Source: a candidate division WOR-3 bacterium
GTDB taxonomy: Bacteria > Hydrothermota > Tepidihabitantia > Tepidihabitantales > Tepidihabitantaceae
Assembly (NCBI GenBank): GCA_024653355.1
Contig: JANLFQ010000001.1
Span: 640,576-704,575 of the forward strand
Reading direction: 5' to 3'
DNA length: 64,000 bases
Part shown: positions 9,896 through 19,072 of the stretch, one piece after another
How positions within the stretch are numbered: the first letter of the stretch is position 1
How the letters are laid out: every line of letters starts with the position of its first letter
The notes under the pieces: model-generated
What the model was told of the DNA's origin: nothing
What the model saw: only the letters and a program-made list of their open reading frames with translations
The model's database searches: none
Made by a program: the position numbers and the translations under genes

Positions 9896-12424
9896 ATGAA
9901 GAAATGGTATCTGAGCATATTAGTATTGGTAACGATGTGCCTCGGTGCGAAAACTACCTTTCCGCCGCTCGACAGCATTTACTTTTACTACGCCGAGGGG
10001 GCTTACGACAAGGCAAAAATCTTGATGACAAACCTCAGCACCAAGCAGTTCACGCCGGAACAGCATTTTTTATTAACCCTCGAACTTGGTGACTACTACC
10101 TCGACAAAGCCAGCGATTACCCCCGTGCCGAATCCATCTATCAGCGACTAATCGAACAGTACCCAAAACACAACCAATTGCCCGATATCCTCTATCGACT
10201 TGCCCTTGCCCAGGAATTACAGGAAAAGTTTCTGGATGCAGCCAAAAATTACGAACTGGTGGCGACAAAATATTTCAAATCCCGGTATGGTCAAGAGGCG
10301 CTCGATGCAATTGAACGCTGCTTCCGCAAAAACTATCAGGAACGTGTTGCTTATGTCAATGGCTACCCTCTGACTCGCATCGAACTCGATGACCGAATCA
10401 GCCGCAATCCAACTCTGTATGAGACCTTCGATAAAAAAATGGCATTGCTTGATACGATGATTGACAATCGTCTGCTTTATGAAGCGGCCCTTGCTCGGGG
10501 AATTGAAAAAGACCCAACGGTCGTACGGAGTATTACCGACACCCGAAACCGACTGATGTTTCAAACCTGGTATGAGCGCAAGGTTACAAGCAAAGCCGAA
10601 CCTGCGGAAAAGGAACTGAAAGTGCTCTACAGGAAAAACCAGTCAAAGTACACAACACCCGAAAAAGTCCGTGCCTATCAACTGGTCGTTGTATCGAAAG
10701 CCCGCGCCGATTCACTCCGCGCTCTGCTCATCGCCGACCCTACAAAATGGGATACACTGGTTAAATTGCATTCAATCGCGCCTGATAAGGAAAAAGCGGG
10801 CGATTTAGGTTTTTTTGCCCGGGGCGTGCACCCAAGGGAAATTGAAGAAATCGCTTTCAAACTTAAGCCGGGTGAAATCAGCCCGCCGGTGGCCATCCGC
10901 GATACTTATTATATCATCCGTGTTACCCAGAAGGAACCGCGTCACGTCAAACCATTTGATGAAGTTAAAAACCAGATTGCCGTTGAACTCCGCCAAGAAC
11001 GAAACAATCGTCTTTACGAACAGGAAATCGACCGTTTGAAGAAAGCCGCCCACATCGTACGCGATAGCCTTGCAATCGAACAAAACAAAGAGACTTTAGC
11101 AATAATCAACGGTGTCCCGATAACCTGGGAACATCTCCAACAACGACTTAACGCAATTCCCCCATTCTTCCGCGGACAGTTCGAAACACCCGAAGGTAAA
11201 CTCCGCATCCTTGACCAGTTAATCACTGAAAAACTTCTCCTCCGCGAATGTGAAAAGGAAAAGTTGTGGCTTGCCAATCGAGTAGTTGAACAGGTCCTGA
11301 ATCGCAAAACCGCCTTGCTCATCGATACCTATCGCCGGCAACAAACTACCGAAAGAATCCGGATCGACTCCCTTACTCTGATAAAAGAGTACCAGGCAAC
11401 CATCAACGACTTCAAAGAACCGGCGCGGGTACGTTGTCGGGAAATGGTCGCCCGCACCAAAGAAAAAGCGGAACAGTTGCGCCGTTGGGCTATCGCGGGC
11501 CAAATACCGACGCTCATCAGTGGCGTTGCTTTTCTCGTACCGAACGAAGAAAAAGCGCGGGAACTTGCTAACATCCTCGCTCAAACTACCAACCCCGATT
11601 CAATCGCAGTTCTTGGCGCGCTTGCTGGTTTTAATGTCCGCGTTTCTGGCACCCCAACGCTAAATATCGCTGGCCGTGATGTGAGTGACCTCTCCCAACC
11701 CTGTCAACTTGCCGGACCGTTCTTACCTGCTGACTTTTGTGGTCTTGCTTTTAACGACATCTCCCGCCAAGATAAACTTTACGAACCGGTTCTCATCCCT
11801 GTTTCCAACACCGAACAGTTGCAATCTCTTTTAAAACAAAACCGTCCCCCGTTTACTATGGAGATTATCGACTCAACCCGTTTCGGCAACTATATCCAAC
11901 TCACCAACCCGCTTCCAACCGGTTTCCTAAACAACCTCTTCGCCCTTGAGACCGGCGCTGTTACACCTATCTATAAAACGGCTAATGGTTACCTGATTGT
12001 CAAAATAACGAAAAAAGACACCGCCCAAAAAGTGACGTTCGAGGAACTCATTCGGCGATTCTCGACCTCGGGTAGCAAATGGGTTGGCGGCGAAATTTCC
12101 CTGACACGCGACGACAAATCCCGGGATAAAAAGGTTGTTGATGCTGCCTACTCAATTAGTAAGGGAGCCTACTCTCCCATAATCCGGCTCAACGATACCA
12201 CTTTTACATTTATCAAAGTGGAAGAAAAGAAACCCGCTTACACGCGACCTTTCTCCGAAGTCCGGAGCAAAATTGAAAACAAACTACGCCGTCAGCAGGA
12301 AAAAGAACTTTACGAACAACTGCTGAAAGAACTTCGAACTAAGGCAAAAATTGAAATTCTGATGAAAGAGGAAGACTTCGAGCCGGTTGAACCAACTCCC
12401 CAGTCTGAACAACAGAATAAATAA
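9896..12424 (+). CDS. Periplasmic TPR + SurA/PrsA-like parvulin chaperone
   Basis: Signal peptide; TPR (AESIYQRLIEQYP); AGDLGFF and AFKLKPGEISPP parvulin motifs; SD AGGAGG. Confidence 0.82.
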   Translation: MKKWYLSILVLVTMCLGAKTTFPPLDSIYFYYAEGAYDKAKILMTNLSTKQFTPEQHFLLTLELGDYYLDKASDYPRAESIYQRLIEQYPKHNQLPDILYRLALAQELQEKFLDAAKNYELVATKYFKSRYGQEALDAIERCFRKNYQERVAYVNGYPLTRIELDDRISRNPTLYETFDKKMALLDTMIDNRLLYEAALARGIEKDPTVVRSITDTRNRLMFQTWYERKVTSKAEPAEKELKVLYRKNQSKYTTPEKVRAYQLVVVSKARADSLRALLIADPTKWDTLVKLHSIAPDKEKAGDLGFFARGVHPREIEEIAFKLKPGEISPPVAIRDTYYIIRVTQKEPRHVKPFDEVKNQIAVELRQERNNRLYEQEIDRLKKAAHIVRDSLAIEQNKETLAIINGVPITWEHLQQRLNAIPPFFRGQFETPEGKLRILDQLITEKLLLRECEKEKLWLANRVVEQVLNRKTALLIDTYRRQQTTERIRIDSLTLIKEYQATINDFKEPARVRCREMVARTKEKAEQLRRWAIAGQIPTLISGVAFLVPNEEKARELANILAQTTNPDSIAVLGALAGFNVRVSGTPTLNIAGRDVSDLSQPCQLAGPFLPADFCGLAFNDISRQDKLYEPVLIPVSNTEQLQSLLKQNRPPFTMEIIDSTRFGNYIQLTNPLPTGFLNNLFALETGAVTPIYKTANGYLIVKITKKDTAQKVTFEELIRRFSTSGSKWVGGEISLTRDDKSRDKKVVDAAYSISKGAYSPIIRLNDTTFTFIKVEEKKPAYTRPFSEVRSKIENKLRRQQEKELYEQLLKELRTKAKIEILMKEEDFEPVEPTPQSEQQNK

Positions 12425-12435
12425 ACCTGAACATT

Positions 12436-12470
12436 AAGGCGGGGTAATGGGCTTCGTTACCCCGCCTTTT
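12436..12470. terminator. Intrinsic terminator between convergent genes
   Basis: AAGGCGGGGTAATG-ggctt-CGTTACCCCGCCTT followed by T-rich tail. Confidence 0.8.
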
Positions 12471-12472
12471 AT

Positions 12473-13888
12473 TTATTCAAACTCCAGAATCTTGATTCCG
12501 ATTTTCTTTACTAATCCCAGCACCTCTGCCTGGCGGCTCAATTCACCTTCGGCAAGTTTCAAATGCAAGGCACTGGCGGGAAATTCACCAAAAGTAGCAT
12601 CAACCGGCACCCAGCGGTCAAGATAAACCTCGTTCCAGGCATGGTAATAAAATGCACCATCCATGTAAACTAAACCGACAACTACTTTTGCGGGAATACC
12701 TGCGGCGCGACTTAGTGCAGCGTAAAGCACTGAATGCTCATTGCAATCACCTTTTAGATTCTCTAAAACATCCAATGCATTAGGCAATGAGGCAACCGCC
12801 TCCTTCTTTAGAGAGCGGTGAACCCAGTTCAAAATTCTTTCTGCCGCTGCCGAGGCATCTTCTACTCCTTTAACAATTTCCCTCGCCTTCTCCTTAATCG
12901 GTGCCGCGTCCGCCTGAATTGAAACTGAAGGTTGAAGATACTCTGATTCTGAAGTTATCGGCAGTTTCCGCCCAAGAATCGGGGAAGGGGTCACAATCTC
13001 CAGACGCAACGGCGACCTCGTCATAACCTGTTGATAGGTTCCGTCGAGGTCAAACTCTGCTGTATCAAGCCCGGTAACCTCCATCACTACTCGTCTTACC
13101 TTATTCGGCTCAGGAACCACCGTGTCAACGGGCACCGCAAACAGACGCAGCAGGTCAACAGGATATCCTGACTCTCCCGCTAACGCCTCTTTCTCGCTAA
13201 CCCGATAAGAGTTCAACCCCATGGGAGACTCTTCTTTAACGGTCATTCCGTTCGCATCCAGCCAGGTTGTAACTTCGGTTTTTGCCCGCTTAACTTTCAC
13301 CTTCAATGTCGGGATTGTTCCCCCGTTTAATTTAATTGATTCAGGACCCAACACCGTAACAGTTGTGGGTAATGTATCCATCACCGTGCCGTCAAATGTC
13401 AGATAATTTAAACTCATGCCTGATTCGTGATTTCCCGTAACCACTATGCGACCAAGCGCTTCGATTGGATAAAGCTGCCGTGTTAATTTGATACGATGCG
13501 CACCTTTCACCCCCACTCGCTCCATTATCAACCACCCATCCTCAACCCTTCCGTTAGCCTTAAATAAACCGTCTTGCGAACCCAGTTCAAATTGAAAAGA
13601 ACGCAGGGTCCAATCGGAATTGGTAACTACCCGGGAATGAAAATTAACCCGCTGGATTTTGCCCAGCATACCTACTGTCATTCTCATAATGTTGTCAAAT
13701 TTATACCCGTCTGCGACTGGAACACATCTCGTTACCGCCCAGCCGACCTTCTTCCCCATTAGATATGTCGCCAGCCACACACCATTCGAATCGTTACCCG
13801 AATCTGTAAACCCTCTTGCTTTTCTATCGGTTTTGCCTCCACAGGCAAAAATTAAAACAAATATTACTCCTATTACTATCTTCTTCAT
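12473..13888 (-). CDS. Transglutaminase-like domain lipoprotein
   Basis: Lipobox IFAC; GDCNEH, YYHAWNEVY, WVPVDAT Cys-His-Asp triad. Confidence 0.88.
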   Translation of the reverse strand: MKKIVIGVIFVLIFACGGKTDRKARGFTDSGNDSNGVWLATYLMGKKVGWAVTRCVPVADGYKFDNIMRMTVGMLGKIQRVNFHSRVVTNSDWTLRSFQFELGSQDGLFKANGRVEDGWLIMERVGVKGAHRIKLTRQLYPIEALGRIVVTGNHESGMSLNYLTFDGTVMDTLPTTVTVLGPESIKLNGGTIPTLKVKVKRAKTEVTTWLDANGMTVKEESPMGLNSYRVSEKEALAGESGYPVDLLRLFAVPVDTVVPEPNKVRRVVMEVTGLDTAEFDLDGTYQQVMTRSPLRLEIVTPSPILGRKLPITSESEYLQPSVSIQADAAPIKEKAREIVKGVEDASAAAERILNWVHRSLKKEAVASLPNALDVLENLKGDCNEHSVLYAALSRAAGIPAKVVVGLVYMDGAFYYHAWNEVYLDRWVPVDATFGEFPASALHLKLAEGELSRQAEVLGLVKKIGIKILEFE

Positions 13889-13895
13889 CCATTTA

Positions 13896-13923
13896 AAACT
13901 AACAAGGAATCATCGTGTGTCAA
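13896..13923 (-). promoter_or_regulatory. Sigma70 promoter, leaderless transglutaminase gene
   Basis: TTGACA-N16-TAGTTT (extended TG)-7 nt-ATG. Confidence 0.65.
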
Positions 13924-13935
13924 CAGGTTCTGGTG

Positions 13936-13963
13936 TTGACTTTACCCCTGATTATTTTACAAT
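13936..13963 (+). promoter_or_regulatory. tRNA-Leu promoter
   Basis: TTGACT-N16-TACAAT, 7 nt before tRNA G1. Confidence 0.75.
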
Positions 13964-13970
13964 TTCCTGC

Positions 13971-14056
13971 GCCGAAGTGGCGGAAATGGCAGACGCAGCG
14001 GACTCAAAATCCGCCGCCCAGCGATGGGCTTGTGGGTTCGACTCCCACCTTCGGCA
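13971..14056 (+). tRNA. tRNA-Leu(CAA), CCA not encoded
   Basis: GCCGAAG/CTTCGGC acceptor stem; GCGGA-CTCAAAA-TCCGC anticodon arm; long variable arm; GGTTCGACTCC T-loop. Confidence 0.96.
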
Positions 14057-14060
14057 GTTA

Positions 14061-15203
14061 CTATTTAAAAACGGGGAAAGTTGCCACAACCGGACGATGG
14101 TCGGAAATCAGACGTAGATAATCAACCAGTTCATCATCCAGACGCAGCGTAGTTGTCCTCCCACCTGTGTACTCAGTCAGGACATCGCTGGTCACCAGAA
14201 TATGGTCGAAAAGCACCCCGGAAGTAACAAGCGACCCATAAAACTCGTTTCCCGCCAGAGGTTGCGTCAGAAAGCGGTAATTAATTGTATCTGCAAGAAA
14301 TGGTAAAAATACATTTTGTGGCTCAGGTTTATCCAATTCGTCATTCCAATCACCCGCAACTACAAAATCTTGTTCACCACCCCGTGCCAGTTGACTGTCA
14401 ATGTACGTTTTAAGTAACCTACAGGCACCAGCCCGCCTTGCCCGGTCGGAAACACTCGACCCCGCTTTCAGATGTAAAACAATTAATCGGAAATCAAAAG
14501 TAGCGCCATTGCTTGATGCAGTAACCGTCATCACCAGCGGCGGTCGAGGAAAAGAGTCGTTCCCCCAGAAAATCTGGTGAACATCGCTCACATCAATCAT
14601 CCCGCTCTTGTATATCACCGCCGTCTTCTGATAAAACGACCCGTAATTATCACGGGAATAAAATCCCTGATAATTGGGTAAACCTGCAAGAAGATTTAAA
14701 AAGGCAATTGTGTCTTCAATCTCCTGGATGCAATACAAATCCAAATCCATCCGCGGAATAATTGTCCTAAGTAACATCAAGGTAGAATCGCCATTCTTGG
14801 GAAAGTTCTGAATGTTCCAGGTAACGATTTCCAGTGTCGTATCGTCGCCCAGAGAAGGAATCGCACCGGGAAACTCAATACGAAAGGGCGCCAGTGCAAC
14901 AATTGAACGGGCGCCCGAATCATCAACCGCCTGGAGGCAAAAAACATGACTCCCCCACGAAAGGTTATAAAGCGTTACCCCGGTAGATTCGGTCCAGATG
15001 CTCGGCGTCGTATCATCCAGACCGTAAAAGTAACCGACAATCCTACCATCAAAGTCGGTCCCCTGCCATTGAAATCGGGCTGAATCGACATCAGTAATGA
15101 CGCTGGGTTTAATGGTAAACACAACCGTTGGTTTCCGATTGCCATTGGGTAATGGTTCGGTACAACTTAAAATAAGAATTAATCCCAAGAGCCACTTATT
15201 CAT
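14061..15203 (-). CDS. Endonuclease/exonuclease/phosphatase-family lipoprotein with N-terminal Ig/Y_Y_Y-like domain
   Basis: TWNIQNF, IQEI, LHLKA, GDWND, FDHI, SDHRPV; lipobox ILSC; start moved to ATG 15203 because the upstream ATG sits in the promoter. Confidence 0.88.
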   Translation of the reverse strand: MNKWLLGLILILSCTEPLPNGNRKPTVVFTIKPSVITDVDSARFQWQGTDFDGRIVGYFYGLDDTTPSIWTESTGVTLYNLSWGSHVFCLQAVDDSGARSIVALAPFRIEFPGAIPSLGDDTTLEIVTWNIQNFPKNGDSTLMLLRTIIPRMDLDLYCIQEIEDTIAFLNLLAGLPNYQGFYSRDNYGSFYQKTAVIYKSGMIDVSDVHQIFWGNDSFPRPPLVMTVTASSNGATFDFRLIVLHLKAGSSVSDRARRAGACRLLKTYIDSQLARGGEQDFVVAGDWNDELDKPEPQNVFLPFLADTINYRFLTQPLAGNEFYGSLVTSGVLFDHILVTSDVLTEYTGGRTTTLRLDDELVDYLRLISDHRPVVATFPVFK

Positions 15204-15211
15204 CAAAAAAA

Positions 15212-15239
15212 AGATTATCATTACCAGCCCCTATGTCCA
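15212..15239 (-). promoter_or_regulatory. Putative promoter, leaderless EEP gene
   Basis: TGGACA-N16-TAATCT (extended TG)-8 nt-ATG. Confidence 0.55.
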
Positions 15240-15334
15240 GAATATGCTCTTCAATTAGATAACTCTAAACTCCTCTTTCCGTTTCATATTACATAACAAA
15301 TAACAAACAGTTGATATTGAATACCGCTGTCTTC

Positions 15335-15363
15335 TTGACTCCATTTAAAATAGCCGGTATAAT
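15335..15363 (+). promoter_or_regulatory. Strong sigma70 promoter of nusA-infB operon
   Basis: TTGACT-N17-TATAAT. Confidence 0.8.
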
Positions 15364-15370
15364 GCCCATT

Positions 15371-15433
15371 ATGAATTGGTTGACATTTGGAATTGGGACA
15401 AACTTAGAAAAGGAGAAAGAAAGAAAGCGATGA
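15371..15433 (+). CDS. Putative leaderless 20-aa uORF (MNWLTFGIGTNLEKEKERKR) coupled to nusA
   Basis: ATG 7 nt after TATAAT; its TGA overlaps the nusA ATG (ATGA). Confidence 0.4.
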   Translation: MNWLTFGIGTNLEKEKERKR

Positions 15434-16671
15434 ACAATAAAGAAGTTGCCAATCTTATTGCCCAGATAGCACGAATCAGAAATGTCGATATTACTTATGT
15501 CTGCGAAATTCTGCGGATGAGCATCATCACCGGACTAAAGCGCCGCTTTGGGCCAAATACCGAAGCCGAGGTTACCATCAACCCGGAACAGGGCGAAATC
15601 AGGGTTTTTCTAACAAAAAAGGTTGTTGAGCGGGTTAACAATCCGGGACAGGAAATAAGTCTCGAAGAAGCAAAGGTTACAAACCCGACTGCCGGCATCG
15701 GTGATGTCGTACGCGTTGAAATGCCACTTGATGAACTGGGACGAATCGCCATTCGTAAGGCATCGGACGAGTTGATGCAAAAACTGCGTGAAGCAGAACG
15801 CGACCGCCTCTATGAAGAGTACAGCCGAAAGAAAGGCGAAATCGTTACCGGTACCATTCAAAGAATTGGCGAACGGGAAATCATCGTTAATCTCGGACTT
15901 ATTGAAGCAACGCTCCTCAACCGCGACCAGTTAAAAACCGACCATTATCGTCAAGGACTACCGATTAAAGCCTATGTCTACAAAGTAGAGAAAACACCGA
16001 TTGGTCCTCGGGTTTATCTGTCCCGAACCCATCCCGAATTTCTCCGCAAACTTCTTACCCGGGAAGTTCCGGAAATCAAAGAGGGGGTTGTTGAAATCAA
16101 GGCGATTGCCCGGGCACCCGGTTCTCGCTCAAAAGTTGCCGTCGCTTCGCTGGACGATAAAATCGACCCCATCGGCGCGTGTGTTGGTTACCGTAAGTCG
16201 CGCATTGAAAATATCATCAAAGAATTGTCCGGTGAGAAAATCGACATTATTCAGTGGAGTCGGGACATTCAGGTTTTTATCGCTCGTGCCCTCGGTCCAG
16301 CAAAAGTTTCTGAAATCGTCCGCGAGGGTGATACCTATTATGTTGTTGTTCCTGACGCCGAATTCTCCATCGCTATCGGCAAGAAGGGTCAGAATGTCTG
16401 GCTTGCCAGCCTCCTCACCAACACCAAGATTGAAGTCCTGAAAGAAAGTGATTACCGTAACCGCCAAATTATGAACCGGGCGGCAAAAATTTCCTTAAAC
16501 GACCTGGGATTCTCGGAAGATTTAACGGCAAAATTCCAGGAAGCGGGCTTGAAAACCGCTTTCGATTTTCTCAACCTCCCGCCCGAAGAGTTAGTCCGCA
16601 TAACCCAATTGAGTGACGACGAAATTAAAACCCTTAAAGAACAGGCGCGGGAAAAGATATGGTCAAGTTAA
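15430..16671 (+). CDS. nusA: Transcription termination/antitermination factor NusA
   Basis: S1 and KH domains: LSRTHP, ARAPGSRSKVAV, AIGKKGQN; likely start MNNKEV at 15430. Confidence 0.96.
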   Translation: MNNKEVANLIAQIARIRNVDITYVCEILRMSIITGLKRRFGPNTEAEVTINPEQGEIRVFLTKKVVERVNNPGQEISLEEAKVTNPTAGIGDVVRVEMPLDELGRIAIRKASDELMQKLREAERDRLYEEYSRKKGEIVTGTIQRIGEREIIVNLGLIEATLLNRDQLKTDHYRQGLPIKAYVYKVEKTPIGPRVYLSRTHPEFLRKLLTREVPEIKEGVVEIKAIARAPGSRSKVAVASLDDKIDPIGACVGYRKSRIENIIKELSGEKIDIIQWSRDIQVFIARALGPAKVSEIVREGDTYYVVVPDAEFSIAIGKKGQNVWLASLLTNTKIEVLKESDYRNRQIMNRAAKISLNDLGFSEDLTAKFQEAGLKTAFDFLNLPPEELVRITQLSDDEIKTLKEQAREKIWSS

Positions 16672-18767
16672 AAGTCTTTGAGGCTGCCAAACAGTTAAGC
16701 CTTTCCAGCGAGGCGCTGCTGGCGCTCCTCAAAGAACTAAATTTCCCTCCCCGGGGCTACACTTCTTACATTACCGAAACAGAATTTGAAGCGGTGAAAC
16801 AGAAGCTCCGGAGAGAAAAACACCAGTTCAAAGAGTCGATCCGCCGCCGCAAACCACCGGAATCATCAGCGCTTAACACCCGAAAGATTGACGAAAAAGA
16901 GATCAATCAAAACCTAAAACAAACTTTAGCGAAAGTTTACGGTCGGGACAAAAAGAAACGAAAACCGACCCGGGAAGAACTTAAATGTGAACCTGTCGAA
17001 TCAACCGGCACCGCCGCGGTTAAAATTACCCCTTATATGACCGTTACCGAACTGGCGCACGCTTTCAACATCCCGGTTTCGGAGATTATTAAAAAGTGTT
17101 TAGCCATTGGTTTACGCGCCACCGTCAATCATCGCCTCGACCTTGATACGATTATGTTAATCGCTGACGAATTCAAAATTGCGGTCCAGCAAGAGGAAGA
17201 GATTGAAAAGCCAATTGCAAGATGTGACTTTAGACCCCGACCGCCGGTCGTTGTTGTAATGGGACATGTTGACCATGGAAAAACCGCTTTACTCGACTAC
17301 ATCCGCAAGACAAAAGTGGCTGAACAAGAGGTTGGCAGGATAACGCAGCACATTGGTGCCTATGTCGCCCATTACGGCGACAAGCCGATTGTCTTTCTTG
17401 ATACACCGGGGCACGAAGCGTTCACCGCAATGCGGGCACGCGGTGCCCAGGTGACCGATATTGCCGTACTTGTTGTCGCCGCCGATGAGGGCATTATGCC
17501 CCAAACGCTCGAAGCCCTTGACCACGCCCGGGCCGCCGGTGTCCCGATTATCGTTGCCATCACCAAGTGCGACCTGCCCACCGCAAACCCGGAACGGGTA
17601 AAAAGTCAGCTTGCCAACCACAATCTCCGGGTAGAAGAGTACGGTGGCCATACGGTGTGCATTGAAACTTCATCAGTTACCGGTCAGGGCATTGAGGCGT
17701 TACTTGACGCCATTGCTGTAGTCAGTCTGGAAATGAATCTCCAGGCCCCCTATGATGGACCAGCCCGCGGCGTGGTGATTGAAGCCCGAGTTGACCGGGG
17801 CCGGGGTAACATTGCCACCGTATTGATTCAAGAAGGGACATTAAAGCGCGGTGACCCTTTTGTTGCCGGTGAGCATTATGGCAGAGTGCGCGATATGCTC
17901 AACGAATCGTTCATCTCAATTGAAAACGCAACACCATCGATTCCTGTACAGGTACTTGGTTTTTCGGGATTGCCTCAAGCCGGCGACCGCTTTGAGGTAG
18001 TAGAAGATGAACGCACCGCGCGCGAAATCGCCCGGCGGCGATTACTCGCGAAACGCGACCGCATCCTTGCCGCCAGCAAGCCCAAAGTGTCTCTCGAGGC
18101 GCTCCAGGACCAGATTGCCAAAGGACAGGTCAAAGAGTTAAAAATCGTCCTGAAAACTGATGTCTCCGGCTCCGCCGAAGCACTGAAAGATGCCCTTGAA
18201 GGTTTGTCACTGGACGAAGTAAAAGTCAAAGTTATTCACTCTGGTGTCGGACCAATAACCCAGAACGATGTTCTTCTGGCTCAGGCATCAGAGGCAATTG
18301 TTATCGGTTTCAATGTCCGTCCTCTGGCTGACGCCCGCCAATTTGCTGAGCGTGAAGGGGTTGAAATTCGCACCTATCGAATAATCTACGCGGCAATCGA
18401 CGATGTCCGGGCGGCAATGTTGGGTATGCTCGAACCGGAACAAAAAGAGGTAATCTTGGGGCGCGCCGAGGTCCGACAGGTCTTCTCCGCTCCGCGTATC
18501 GGTTTGATTGCCGGTTCCTTTATCACCGAAGGTAAAGCGGTCCGCGGTGCTCTGGTTCGGGTTATCCGTCAGAACCGAACAATTTTTTCCAGCGAGGTCG
18601 TGTCGCTGCGGCGTTTCAAGGATGATGTCAAGGAAGTTGCCACCGGCTACGAATGCGGTATCGGCATCAAGGATATAACTGACCTCAAGGAGGGCGACAT
18701 CCTTGAATTTTATCAGATTGAAGAAATAAAGCGCGGTACACCCAGTTCAAACGAACGGGGAAGTTGA
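16659..18767 (+). CDS. infB: Translation initiation factor IF-2
   Basis: [31 protein letters not shown]. Confidence 0.98.
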   Translation: MVKLKVFEAAKQLSLSSEALLALLKELNFPPRGYTSYITETEFEAVKQKLRREKHQFKESIRRRKPPESSALNTRKIDEKEINQNLKQTLAKVYGRDKKKRKPTREELKCEPVESTGTAAVKITPYMTVTELAHAFNIPVSEIIKKCLAIGLRATVNHRLDLDTIMLIADEFKIAVQQEEEIEKPIARCDFRPRPPVVVVMGHVDHGKTALLDYIRKTKVAEQEVGRITQHIGAYVAHYGDKPIVFLDTPGHEAFTAMRARGAQVTDIAVLVVAADEGIMPQTLEALDHARAAGVPIIVAITKCDLPTANPERVKSQLANHNLRVEEYGGHTVCIETSSVTGQGIEALLDAIAVVSLEMNLQAPYDGPARGVVIEARVDRGRGNIATVLIQEGTLKRGDPFVAGEHYGRVRDMLNESFISIENATPSIPVQVLGFSGLPQAGDRFEVVEDERTAREIARRRLLAKRDRILAASKPKVSLEALQDQIAKGQVKELKIVLKTDVSGSAEALKDALEGLSLDEVKVKVIHSGVGPITQNDVLLAQASEAIVIGFNVRPLADARQFAEREGVEIRTYRIIYAAIDDVRAAMLGMLEPEQKEVILGRAEVRQVFSAPRIGLIAGSFITEGKAVRGALVRVIRQNRTIFSSEVVSLRRFKDDVKEVATGYECGIGIKDITDLKEGDILEFYQIEEIKRGTPSSNERGS

Positions 18768-19072
18768 CCGTATACGCCAACCGGCAGATGAGTGTTGGTT
18801 TACTACTGGTTGACTGCTTTCTCGGGAACAGTTTTTCATTAAAAGAAAAACGCCGGGTGCTATCCAGTTTAACCACCCACCTCCGGCGTGACTACAACAT
18901 TGCGCTGTGCGAAGTTGAATACCAGAACCAGTGGCAGCGCGCGAAGTTAGCAATTGTTTTCGTTAATACCGAATGGCAGATGGTGCTCCAAAATGCCCAG
19001 AAAATCATCACCCGGATTGAACAAGATGGCCGGGTCAGCGTCTTGAACTCGGAAATGACCCGCCTTCGTTAA
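18764..19072 (+). CDS. DUF503 (YlxP) family protein
   Basis: SLKEKRRV, Q-x-x-WQRA motifs; typical position after infB; ATG 18788 is an alternative start. Confidence 0.85.
   Translation: MTVYANRQMSVGLLLVDCFLGNSFSLKEKRRVLSSLTTHLRRDYNIALCEVEYQNQWQRAKLAIVFVNTEWQMVLQNAQKIITRIEQDGRVSVLNSEMTRLR

Noticed and set aside
13659..14121. ORFs crossing tRNA-Leu (also 57868-58077 over tRNA-Phe)
   Set aside because: Overlap clear tRNA genes and promoters
15376..15429. TTG-initiated extension of NusA
   Set aside because: No SD; NusA homology starts at MNNKEV
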